Shown: positions 1 through 9,659 of the stretch, one piece after another | How positions within the stretch are numbered: the first letter of the stretch is position 1 | Layout: every line of letters starts with the position of its first letter | Origin: Selaginella moellendorffii | Lineage: Eukaryota > Plantae > Lycopodiophyta | NCBI RefSeq assembly: GCF_000143415.4 | Contig: NW_003314289.1 | Location: forward strand, 1,730,293-1,794,292 | Direction: 5' to 3' | Length of the DNA stretch: 64,000 nt | Position numbers and translations under genes: made by a program | The notes under the pieces: model-generated | Database searches by the model: none | What the model saw: the letters and a program-made list of their open reading frames with translations, nothing else | Told to the model about the DNA's origin: nothing

Positions 1-40
1 ATTTTCCTCTTACCAATAGTTTTTTTTTTTTCCCATCTAG

Positions 41-3000
41 AGACGAAGAAGCTTTGGCGAACACGCAGTGTCCGAGGAACTTAGAATTGCGATGGCAGGC
101 AGAAGCGAGCGCAAGCATCTACGCTGCTCCTCTCATCGCAGACATCAACGGGTGAGTATCCTTGTTTCTTTCTCTTGATGCGAAGAAAACTGTGGATTGA
201 TTTGATACAAGGGATGGGAAACTGGACATTGTTGTGCCGTCTTTCGTTCACTACCTCGATGTTCTTGAAGGAGCAGATGGGGAAAAAATGCAAGGTGTGT
301 TGAGTCGTGGAGCTTGATGGTGCTACTGATTTATGCTTGTCCTCGCTGCTTAGGATGGCCGGCTTATCACCAATCCACAGTGCATTCCAGTCCCTTGCTT
401 TACGATATTGACAAGGATGGATATAAGGAAATTCTTTTGCCGACTTACAACGGAGAAGTTCTTATGTTCCGGTAACTTGAAGCAAAAGTTTGAAGCTCAA
501 AACAAGTTTTGCTCTTTTTTGCTTTGTCAAGTTCGTCGGGCTATCCGATAAATGAGAAGATCACAGTTCCAAGGTTACGGGTTCGAAAGGACTGGTATGT
601 TGGATTGAGTCCTGACCATGTGGACCGATCTCATCCTGATGTTCACGATGATGGTTTAGTGATTCCTTCTCCTCCTGGTACGTATCAATGTCTCTGTGTA
701 AAATCCATTCGCTCTTGTTTAGCTCTTGCGGCTTGCAGGCGTGTCAAGTGACCACGCGGTAGCGAATGCTTCTAGTACCATCGCCACGAAGGATGGACAG
801 AACGGTTCTAGTACTATCGAGACGAAGGATGGACAGAACGGTAGCTCTCCCGGCAATGTTTCGGGAAAACTGGACAACTCAACCTTAAGCAACACTCCGG
901 AGACATTGAACGTTTCAGCAACTGCAACTGCAGGGAATGGATCGGCTACTTTGAAAGTTAGTGACGTCGCTGAAGCTGGGTCAGAACTTCGCATGGGTAC
1001 TACAAGTCCGAATAACACGCAGGGAACACAGAGACGGCTTCTCCAACAGGAAGCCACAGCCGGTGACAACCGAGAGAAACTGGAAGCGGATGCAGAGGCC
1101 ACGTTTGATGTTTTCCGTGATAAGGGAGGGCTGAGTGACGAGTATGCTTACGATTATGACGACTACGTAGACGAATCGATGTGGACCGATGATCACTGGG
1201 TTCAGGCTGTCCACGAAAGGGAAGAAGACTTTATCGACATAGACGCACATATTCTTTGCACACCGGTAAGTGTGTCTTGTTTGGTTTTTGGCAGATGGCT
1301 AATATTGCCACTGTCTCCAGGTGATTGCAGACATTGACAAGGATGGAGTCGACGAACTTATTGTTGCTGCTTCCTTTTTCTTTGATCGTGAGTAAGCTCT
1401 CCTGCCGCTTTTCAACCTTGCATTTGGTAGCACAGGTATTCATTCTTTCTTTGCAGGTATTACGAAGCAAATCCTGACTTGCTCAGCAAGGATGTCGATA
1501 TTAGCAAATACGTTGCTGGAGCCATCTTCGTTTTTAGTTTGGACACGAAACAAGTCAAGTGGAAAATACATTTCGACCTTAGTACCGATTCTGTGGCGTT
1601 CCGTGCGTATATCTATTCATCGCCGACGGTAGTCGACCTGGATGGCGATGGATACCTCAGTATCGTAGTTGGGACATCCTTCGGATTCGTTTATGCTCTG
1701 CATTACAACGGTAATACTTGGTTTTTTTTTCTGTTCTCTCGCAGGCCTCAGAAACTTTTCCTTAACTTGTTTTGTTTGCAATCCAGGTATTGTAAGGAAA
1801 AACTTCCCGCTACAAATGGGAGAGATTCACGCCCAGGTTGTTGCGGCTGACGTAAACGACGATGGGAAAGTCGAGATTGTCACCGCTGACACAAGAGGCA
1901 ATGTTGTTGCCTGGGAGACCGATGGCAAGCTATTGTGGGAAGTTCATCTCAAGAGTATGATAGCTCAAGTAAGTTTTTGATTCGTTTCTCTAGTTTTTGA
2001 AACAAACTTGTCTTTGCAGGCGCCGACTGTGGGCGATGTGAATGGCGATGGAATAACTGACGTGGTTGTTCCGACTGCTTCAGGCAACATCTACGTTTTG
2101 AAGGGCACCGACGGCTCATATGTTCCCCCGTTTCCGTTCCGTACGCACGGCCGGATCATGGCTTCGGTGTTGCTACTTGATTTTGGTAACAAGGAATCGG
2201 AGCAAGCCGACGTGGTCTTGGTTGCAACTTCGTTCGATGGCTACCTGTACATTATCGATGGGAAAACTGGCTGTGCCGACGCAACAGATATTGGAGAAAC
2301 ATCGTAAGCCTCGAGAGCTGCTCGTGATTACGTACTGTTTCTTTTTTTCGTTACAGATATACCATGGTTTTAGTGGAGAATGTTGACGGAGGCGACGATC
2401 TCGATCTGATAGTTACAACCATGAATGGAAACGTCTACTGTTTCCAAACCCCAGTGAAACACCACCCCTTGAAGGTATGAATGTGCATTGCCTCGTGTAT
2501 TCAAAGTGATCTTATCTCCATTTGCAGGCATGGCCGACAGCAAACCAGGGGAGGAACGTCCTGTCACCTCGCTACAATCGCGAAGGCGTTTATGCTCTAC
2601 CTTCGTCCAGAAAGTTTCGAGACGAAGCCGGCGAGAGCTTCTGGGTGGTGTTTAAAATCGTGGATCAGCACAACTTGCACGGGCCTTACAACGTGACTGT
2701 AAGTTCCTCCTCGAAGCTCGGCCTTTCCATTTCTCCAAAACTTATCCTTTGTTTCTCTCGCACAGCTGACGCTCTTGGTCCCGGGGAACTACCACGAGCC
2801 TCGAAGGATCACGCAGTGGCATCGCTACGATCAACCGGGGGTCCAGAAGCTCAAAGTCCCGTGCGTGCCAATCCGGAGCACTGGAACAGTGACGCTGGAG
2901 ATGGTGGACAGGCACGGCCTCGCTTTCACCGACGAATTCTCGCTAACGTTCCATATGCACTACTATCGACTCCTCAAATGGTTCGTGGTTCTACCATTGC

Positions 3001-3089
3001 TGGGAATGCTTGTAGCCATCGTTGGTCTTCATCCCGAAGATCACGTCTCGCTACCTTCTTTCTCTTCCAATGGTAGGCACCAAATGTAG
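41..3089 (+). CDS. DEX1: DEFECTIVE IN EXINE FORMATION 1 (FG-GAP-repeat membrane protein), multi-exon, 5' end outside window
   Basis: Spliced exons translate to [87 protein letters not shown] repeats and C-terminal [21 protein letters not shown] (TM helix), all matching plant DEX1. GT-AG introns are ~50-80 bp. Stop TAG at 3087-3089. Confidence 0.95.
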
Positions 3090-3150
3090 GAACCATGGTT
3101 GAAGTTAACTCTTGTCAAGGATTAAAAGTAAACTCTAGTTAATTTTCCTA

Positions 3151-3158
3151 AAACCCTA
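3151..3158 (+). promoter_or_regulatory. Telo-box (AAACCCTA) upstream of eIF2A
   Basis: AAACCCTAG lies 50 bp before the eIF2A ATG. Telo-boxes are typical of plant translation-machinery promoters. Confidence 0.55.
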
Positions 3159-3200
3159 GCTATGGCGGCCATTTGACGAGCGCTCTCTCTGGCGGTCGTG

Positions 3201-5715
3201 ATGGCGCCTCTCCCACTTATCGGTGAGTTTCTTCGCAGATTTCTCGAGGTTAAGTTGATTCGTCGCGGCGATCGCAGTGCGGAGCGCCGAAGGGCTGACG
3301 CTGCTAGGCGGCGAGAGCGAGAAGCTGCAGAGGTAGAATTTTGGTTTCTTGACGTTTCTTAGCTCTCACACATTCTTCGCATTCTTCCATTTGCGAAGGC
3401 TTGCTTGCGCTGGAGCATCGGTTAGCAAGGATGGAAGCGAGCTAGCTGTGATCACTGGCGATGGAGTGGATGTCTTTGATCCAGTGACTTGCAACAAAAT
3501 CCAATCTTTTCGGTTGGACGTTGTTGTTGCTGCTGTCTTCTCGTCGGCCGGATCGTTTCTACAGATCTTTCGAAAGGCAACCGGTCCGGAAGACAAGAAT
3601 GTTGGCATCTGGGACGTGAAAACTGGGGAGGCAGTGGTTCTCTTCTATCAGAAAAACTTTTCAAAGTCAAGCTGGTAAGAAAACTTTTTTCTTCCTTTCT
3701 TCTTGTTTATAGTCTTGAATTCTTTTGGTTGTGTTTACAGGCCGATTCTCCAGTTCAGCGACGACGATTCTGTGGCTTGCCGGCTTGCAACCAACTCGGT
3801 CCAGATCTACGATGCCAAAAACTTTGCAAAGGGTGCTGTCGATCATTTGCGTTTGCCTGGAATTCAAGCTGTGAAACTTTCTCCAGCTTCTCCGTCCTAT
3901 CTCGCAACGTTTATTCCGGAGAGCAAGGTTTTAACTTACGACGATCTTTCTCATATCTTACATGGTTTTCTGGTTTTATCAGGGACAACCGGCCGTGGTG
4001 CAAATATATGATCGTAAAGAGGCTAGCAAATGTCAAGCACTGGCTCGACGTAGCTTCTTTAAGTCGAGTAGCGTCACCATGACTTGGAACGCGGGCTCGA
4101 CCGGATTGCTTGTGCTAGCGGTCACTGACGACGATAAATCCAACCAAAGCTACTACGGCGACACCAAATTGTATTACTTGAAAAGCGATGGGACTTGTGA
4201 AGGGACGGTTCCTCTGAGTAAGTTCATGTTTGTTCTAGCTCTTTAATGTGATGAATCTTGTGCAGACAAAGAGGGGCCTATCCATGACGCTCAGTGGTCC
4301 CCGACCGGCAAAGAGTTTATTGTCGTCTATGGCTGTATCCTTTCAACCGTTTTATATCTATACTGTATCACTTAACGAGACGTCCAGACATGCCTGCTAA
4401 AGCTGCTCTCTTCGATACACAATGCCGGCAGGTTTTTGATTTTGGATCTGGACCTTATAACACCGTGCGGTGGAATCCCTTTGGAAGCTGTATCCTTGTG
4501 GCGTTTCTTTTCTTTTTTGTACTTTGGCTAGTTCTTCCTGACAGGTTCAAGTTATCTGTTTGGCTGGGTTCGGGAATCTTCCGGGTGATATGGTAAGCAA
4601 TAAGTGTTTTATGATACACTGCTTATCTTTGCCACTTCTTCTTCAGGTGTTTTGGGACCGGAACACGCTAAAATCGATTGGAAACACGAAATCTCCCTGC
4701 TCAGTAACGTGTGAATGGGCACCCGATGGCCGGCTACTGATGACGGCCACGACCGCTCCTCGAATGCGAGTCGATAACGGGTATATGTTTGCTATTTTAC
4801 GTGAGTGGCGATTACCTCGACTTGCAACATCAGGATAAGGATCTTCAAGTACACGGGAGCTCTGTTGGAGGAACAAAAGATCAACGATCTTTATCAAGTG
4901 AGTGCTTGGTTATATTTTGCTTTAGATGTAATATTTCCTCGTTTGTTTCATCAGGCGGACTGGCTGCCTGGACAGTATGTTGAGAGGCCAGCTTCGCCAG
5001 TTTCTGCCAAGAGTTCACAAAAAGAAAAACAACCATCTGGTATGTTTTTGATTATAAAAAAAAATAAAATTCTTTACTCGGTTTGTTCTATGCTTTTTAG
5101 CGGCTGCTATAGCCAAACCTGCAGCTTACCGTCCACCTCATTCAAGCATGTCGGCGTCAGTGCGTGCTCAGGTAAGTAATCAGAACAAATCGGGCTGTAT
5201 TACGTGATGGAAAACTCTGTTGCAGCTATTTGGTGAAGAGGACTCCAATGCTGGAAGGTTTGGAGCAAATCCTTTTGTCTGAACTTTTTCTAACTTTTTT
5301 TTTTTTTGCGAACCCAGTGGGTTGAGCAAATCGGCTCTTAAGAACAAAAAGCGACGTGAGAAACAGAAAGAAAAGTCTGAAACACTTCCCGACGCACCAG
5401 TGAGTAGTAGTTCATTCTTTTTCTGCAGCTAACTCCTTTCATCCCTGGTTCTAGGAAGTCGTGAAGGAGGTCAACAGTGAGACATCTTCAGGTGAGACTG
5501 AGAGTCGTTTAAACTGCCTTTTGCTGTGCTCAGAAATTTAGCTTACAGGAGATGAGTTTGCGAAGAAAATTCGAGCTCTGAACAAGAAGCTGCGGCAGAT
5601 AGAGGAACTCAAGAACAAGTTAAGTGGGCAGACGCCATCTCAAGAACAGAAGAGCAAGCTTCAGCAGGAGGCGTTATTGAGGGAAGAAATCAGGAAATTG
5701 GAGCTCTCTTCATAG
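3201..5715 (+). CDS. eIF2A: Eukaryotic translation initiation factor 2A (beta-propeller), multi-exon
   Basis: ATG at 3201. Exons give FYQKNFSKSSWPILQFSDDD, ARRSFFKSS, DKSNQSYYGDTKLYYL, EGPIHDAQWSP, VYGYMPAKA, GPYNTVRWNPFG, LAGFGNLPGDM, TATTAPRMRVDNG, KPAAYRPPH and KKIRALNKKLRQIEELK. Stop TAG at 5713-5715. Confidence 0.95.
4335..4387 (+). other. U12-type (minor spliceosome) GT-AG intron in eIF2A
   Basis: 5' site GTATCCTTT; branch point TCACTTAAC about 11 nt before the AG; removal restores VYGYMPAKA. Confidence 0.85.
4490..4551 (+). other. Second U12-type GT-AG intron in eIF2A
   Basis: 5' site GTATCCTTG; branch-like TTCCTGAC shortly before CAAG; removal restores NPFGSFICLAGFGNLPGDM. Confidence 0.75.
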
Positions 5716-6250
5716 ATGGTTCTGCCTGGAATGAAGTTTTGTTTCGACAGTTAAACGCTGGTGATTCGGAAACTCAAACGCGATCAAGCGTGTACAGGTT
5801 CTTGAATTTCTTTCGCTGTCTTTATTCATTCTTATGGTTTGTTTATTGTTCAGGATGAAGCAGCGCGTCCTAGTACCAATCTGCAAAGCTGAAGAGAGAT
5901 TTCTAATGACATAGCCTTTTCAATTCGAACAATTTTTAGTCATTACAGCTTGACTTGGCTGGTTCTCATTTTGGTTTTAGCTTGCCTGGCAGGTCCAAAA
6001 GTTCTTGTACCATGGAGCACTAGTCGAGGTAGAGATCGATTCATGGAAGGCTTCTCAATTGTTTTTTCTCCCTTTTTCCAGTGCAAGGATACTACTCTCC
6101 AGGAAGTGACAACACTCATGTTAGTTTTTTAAGTCAACGGGATTTTATTCGCAAGGAAAAAAGATCGTACTGCCTTCCCAGGTCGGTAGGGTTTGATAGT
6201 TTTTGATATGAAGAGGTGCTAGCTCGACTGATTTTTCCATTGGCAGTGCT

Positions 6251-7691
6251 ATGGCGATTGTAGGAACGACGAGCTTTCCTCGTGTTTACGCAAATGGAGA
6301 TAAGGGGAGAATTAGGGAAAGTGGTAGCATGGCGGTGACAAGTCGTCCGCGAACTTCATGGCTGTCGGTCTACAAGATCTCCGACACCATCTGGAAGAGG
6401 ATCATCCACTTCCGGGGGCAGCCAACTTCGTCGAGCGTCACAATTGTCGCGGACAAGAGGAGCAAGAGCGATGAGAAGCAGGAGGACAAGATTGCGGCAG
6501 TGGTAGCCGACCAAGCCGACCCTTCGGTCGCTTGGGAGCAAAGGGTCAAAGACGTGGAAGCCGAGAAGCGGCGTCGAGCGCTGCTCAACCCGGGATTTAG
6601 CTTCTCAGCTGCTGGGCTTTTGTTCCCTTACCACCTGGGCGTGTGCCAGTGCCTCATGGAGCGGAACTATATCACGGTACGATCGAGCTCCAACTCTTCT
6701 CCATTTTCTGCTTTTCTATCTTCGCAGGAGGATACTCCTTTAGCTGGATCGTCGGCTGGAGCGCTCGTTTGCGCTGTTGTAGCGGCAGGGATGAGCATGC
6801 AAGACGCACTGGTCGCAACCAAGGATCTAGCACAAGATTGTCGTGCCAACGGGACCGCTTTCAGGCTCGGGGTAAGAGAGATCTCTCGAGGTACTGAGTC
6901 TGTGTCTAGTTTGCTCAGAGCTCCTCTTTATTGTCTCCGTCACTAGGCTGTGCTGAGGAGAGTTTTGTACAAAGTTATGCCCGATGACGCGCACGTTAAG
7001 GCGAGCGGGAGGATCAGAGGTATGGAGCTGTCTCTTTTCTCTCTCCCTTGTGTCATGCTAAGTTCACTACTTCTCTCTGCAGTTGCAATCACGCAACTCT
7101 TTCGAGTACCAAGAGGCCTGCTCGTTGACCAGTTTGATTCCAAAGAAGATCTGATCAACGCGTTGCTTACGTCGTGTTTCATTCCCGGGTAAGTAGTTTG
7201 CTCTTGCGTTCCATTAAGATGGGAGCTTGACTGGTTTTTAGTTATCTAGCACCACGACCTGTTACCGTCTTCAAGAACAGACTGTGCATCGACGGCGGGT
7301 TCACGCTCTTCATGCCCCCTTCAGCTGCTGAAACAACGGTTCTTTCGTGTCACTTGCTAAGATTCGAGTTGGCTTCTGAAACTTTCGCTTTGCTTTTACA
7401 CAGGTACGAGTGTGTGCCTTTTCTGCCAAGCGCCTCGGTCTTCAAGACACAGTGGGTATCAGCCCGGACTGTAATCCCGACAACCGAGCCTCTCCAAGAC
7501 AGGTACAGAAATAATAAAGGTATTTAGTAAATTTCTCGACTGTTTTGCAGCTTTTAAACTGGGCTTTAGAACCGGCTGGAGATGCAGTATTAGATGAGCT
7601 CTATGTCCTGGGCTACAAGGATGCTGCAGTGTGGGCAAATGCAAATCCTTTGATCAATTTTAGAGGCAAGGCAGCAGCTGCTCCAGTTTGA
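6251..7691 (+). CDS. Patatin-like phospholipase-domain protein (PNPLA/ATGL-like lipase), multi-exon
   Basis: Oxyanion-like FSFSAAGLLFPYHLGV, nucleophile GSSAG, SCFIPGYLAPRP, catalytic IDGG, and last exon LLNWALEPAGDAVLDELYVLGYKDAAVWA. Stop TGA at 7689-7691. Confidence 0.92.
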
Positions 7692-7864
7692 AGATGCAAC
7701 AAACGATTGCTGTATCATACTAGAGGCATTCATGCGAAGGTAAGAAAGGAAATATAGAGATTCTTTGGGACACCATTCTCTAGAGACTAGCATTTGTACA
7801 CAAAAGTTCCTTGTTCTACATGGTTGTCAAAAGAATCAAACGTTGTCAAAAGAAACAAACAAGA

Positions 7865-7994
7865 AACTACGTGTGAAGCTTCATGGTCAGTTGTGTGACT
7901 TTGTCAATCGCGTTCTATTTTCCCAGCCCACGTTTGAGAATTTTCCAGTCAAGCGCGTAGGTACCGGGAAGGCGGGCGGCTTCCTGGTATAAAA
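7865..7994 (+). promoter_or_regulatory. Proximal promoter of the isocyanide synthase (repeated before all four copies)
   Basis: TATAAAA at 7988-7994, ~100 bp before the ATG. Also GCC-box (GGCGGCT 7975-7981), W-box (AGTCAA 7947-7952), CGCGTT 7909-7914 and CACGTT 7929-7934. Confidence 0.6.
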
Positions 7995-8093
7995 GCCCAA
8001 CCAGGGAAACCCAGACAATTCATCGATCCCAGTCTGCAATCTTCCATCCTCTAGCCTGAAATTTGAGATTTTCTCTTTTTCTTCATAACACCC

Positions 8094-9659
8094 ATGGCAA
8101 GTTCATATCCAAAGGACAAGATTGCATTCCTGTACATCCACAGAGAGAGTGGTGAGATTGGCTTCGTCTCACAATCTGCGTCCAGGCATGTCCCAGTACT
8201 AGCAGCAAAGTGTGATTTCTTGTTCTCCTCCATGGTCGCGAGTGACAAGGCGGAAGATTTAGAGGCTGCTAAGCAGGCCACACGCTCAGTTGCTCCAGAG
8301 ATGAACAAGTACACCATTTCCATGCTTGGAGCAGCAGCTGACCAGGAGTGGACAGCCACCGTCTACGAGAGATACATTGGGAACGGGTTCGAGGGCGTGG
8401 TTTTCATCCAGGATCCCAATCTCCAGGAGGAGGACAGCGAGAGCATGAGCTATCTGGCCTCTCTGCTGCTGGACAACGGCGTCATGACCAGAGATTGCCT
8501 TCTGGAGCCCTCCAGCTCGCACACACCTCAAGAGGTGGACGACATCACCTCCCAAGTTGTGGACATCATCGAGAAGAATTACATCCACTTCCCAAAGCAC
8601 GACCAGTGGTTCACAAGTGGGGGCAAGCAGAGGTTTGCGGACAAGGTGAGGTACCACGTCGCAAGAAACATTCCACTCGAGTTCGTCTTGCCCGCATTTC
8701 CAGTCAAGTCGTGCAATCCCGACAAGACTCTGGGAAAGTGCCCGGACAAGGCCGAGGAGCTGGCCATCCATTCCATGAAGATTGTTGCGGATCTCATCAA
8801 GGCCGTGTATGCTCCAGGCGTGCACTACAACGTCGCCTCGGATGGCCATGTCTTCTCTGATCTCGTCGGCTCGGACGACGCTGCTGTGGATTCTTACGGC
8901 GAGATGTTTTGGGAGATGGCACACAATCTGTATCCCGGCCTTGTCAATTTCTTTCGCCTGGATGAGTTTCTGCTGGACAACCACAGTGACAAAGACATTG
9001 CAAAGCTTATCTCCAACACCACCGTGGAGCATCCCGTTGCGACTGAGCTCACCGCCAATGCAGAGAATGCCAGGCGAGCTCTCATGTGCTTGTTTGGATG
9101 TGACGAGTCAACCGTCACCAAGGAGATCAAGGAGGACCCGGAGACACGCAATCTATATCGTGGCTTCTCCAGGTTCATGCTCGAGGACTTGTACGAACAC
9201 AAGAGCTGCAAGAATCTCCCGTCAAAGTCGGCCAAGAAGAAGCTGTGCAGCCAGGTTGCCTTCCTCATGATCCTCAGGAACCGTGCATACTCGGCCATGG
9301 TGGAGTGGCTCTTCCCTTTGCAGCTGCGCATTTCCATCCACCCGCATCCAAACAGAGGTCCCAAGTATGGCATCAACATCATCCATTCCTCTCTAGTGGC
9401 AGCGCAGCGTTCTTCCGAGGAGAAGAACTTCCACATCCCAACACCATGGCACAACGCGGTGGTGGAGCTGGCAGATGGCAAGTTCATGCTGCTGCACTCC
9501 AAAGTCATCCGAGGTTCGAGTATGCAGGCCACAGAAATGGCCTGTGAGCAGCTCGAGTTGAGTCAACAGTTGGTTCTCAAGCGTCAAGGCTACAGAATGA
9601 CGCTGGTGACATATCCAGACGGCAGACCCAGCCACTACAGGCAGGTCAGTGTCTGCTAA
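8094..9659 (+). CDS. Isocyanide synthase, DIT1/PvcA family (Dit1-like), copy 1, intronless, 521 aa
   Basis: Family motifs occur in the canonical order: FVLPAFPVKSCNPDKTLGKCPDKAEELA, SDGHVFSDLVG, LYRGFSRFMLEDL, VAFLMILRNRAYSAMV, LRISIHPHPNRGPKYGI, HIPTPWHNAVV. Confidence 0.93.
   Translation: MASSYPKDKIAFLYIHRESGEIGFVSQSASRHVPVLAAKCDFLFSSMVASDKAEDLEAAKQATRSVAPEMNKYTISMLGAAADQEWTATVYERYIGNGFEGVVFIQDPNLQEEDSESMSYLASLLLDNGVMTRDCLLEPSSSHTPQEVDDITSQVVDIIEKNYIHFPKHDQWFTSGGKQRFADKVRYHVARNIPLEFVLPAFPVKSCNPDKTLGKCPDKAEELAIHSMKIVADLIKAVYAPGVHYNVASDGHVFSDLVGSDDAAVDSYGEMFWEMAHNLYPGLVNFFRLDEFLLDNHSDKDIAKLISNTTVEHPVATELTANAENARRALMCLFGCDESTVTKEIKEDPETRNLYRGFSRFMLEDLYEHKSCKNLPSKSAKKKLCSQVAFLMILRNRAYSAMVEWLFPLQLRISIHPHPNRGPKYGINIIHSSLVAAQRSSEEKNFHIPTPWHNAVVELADGKFMLLHSKVIRGSSMQATEMACEQLELSQQLVLKRQGYRMTLVTYPDGRPSHYRQVSVC

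Noticed and set aside
771-842. 36-bp tandem duplication in DEX1 ([12 protein letters not shown] / [12 protein letters not shown])
   Set aside because: In-frame repeat within the low-complexity, variable linker of DEX1; unremarkable.
8286-9635. Long antisense and alternative-frame ORFs (248, 212, 170, 162 aa) over each ICS copy
   Set aside because: Shadow ORFs expected from GC3-rich codon usage; no recognisable motifs.
8094-9659. ICS as fungal or bacterial contamination
   Set aside because: It is contiguous without gaps with spliced plant genes, co-duplicated with plant patatin exons, and interleaved with plant-type retroelements.
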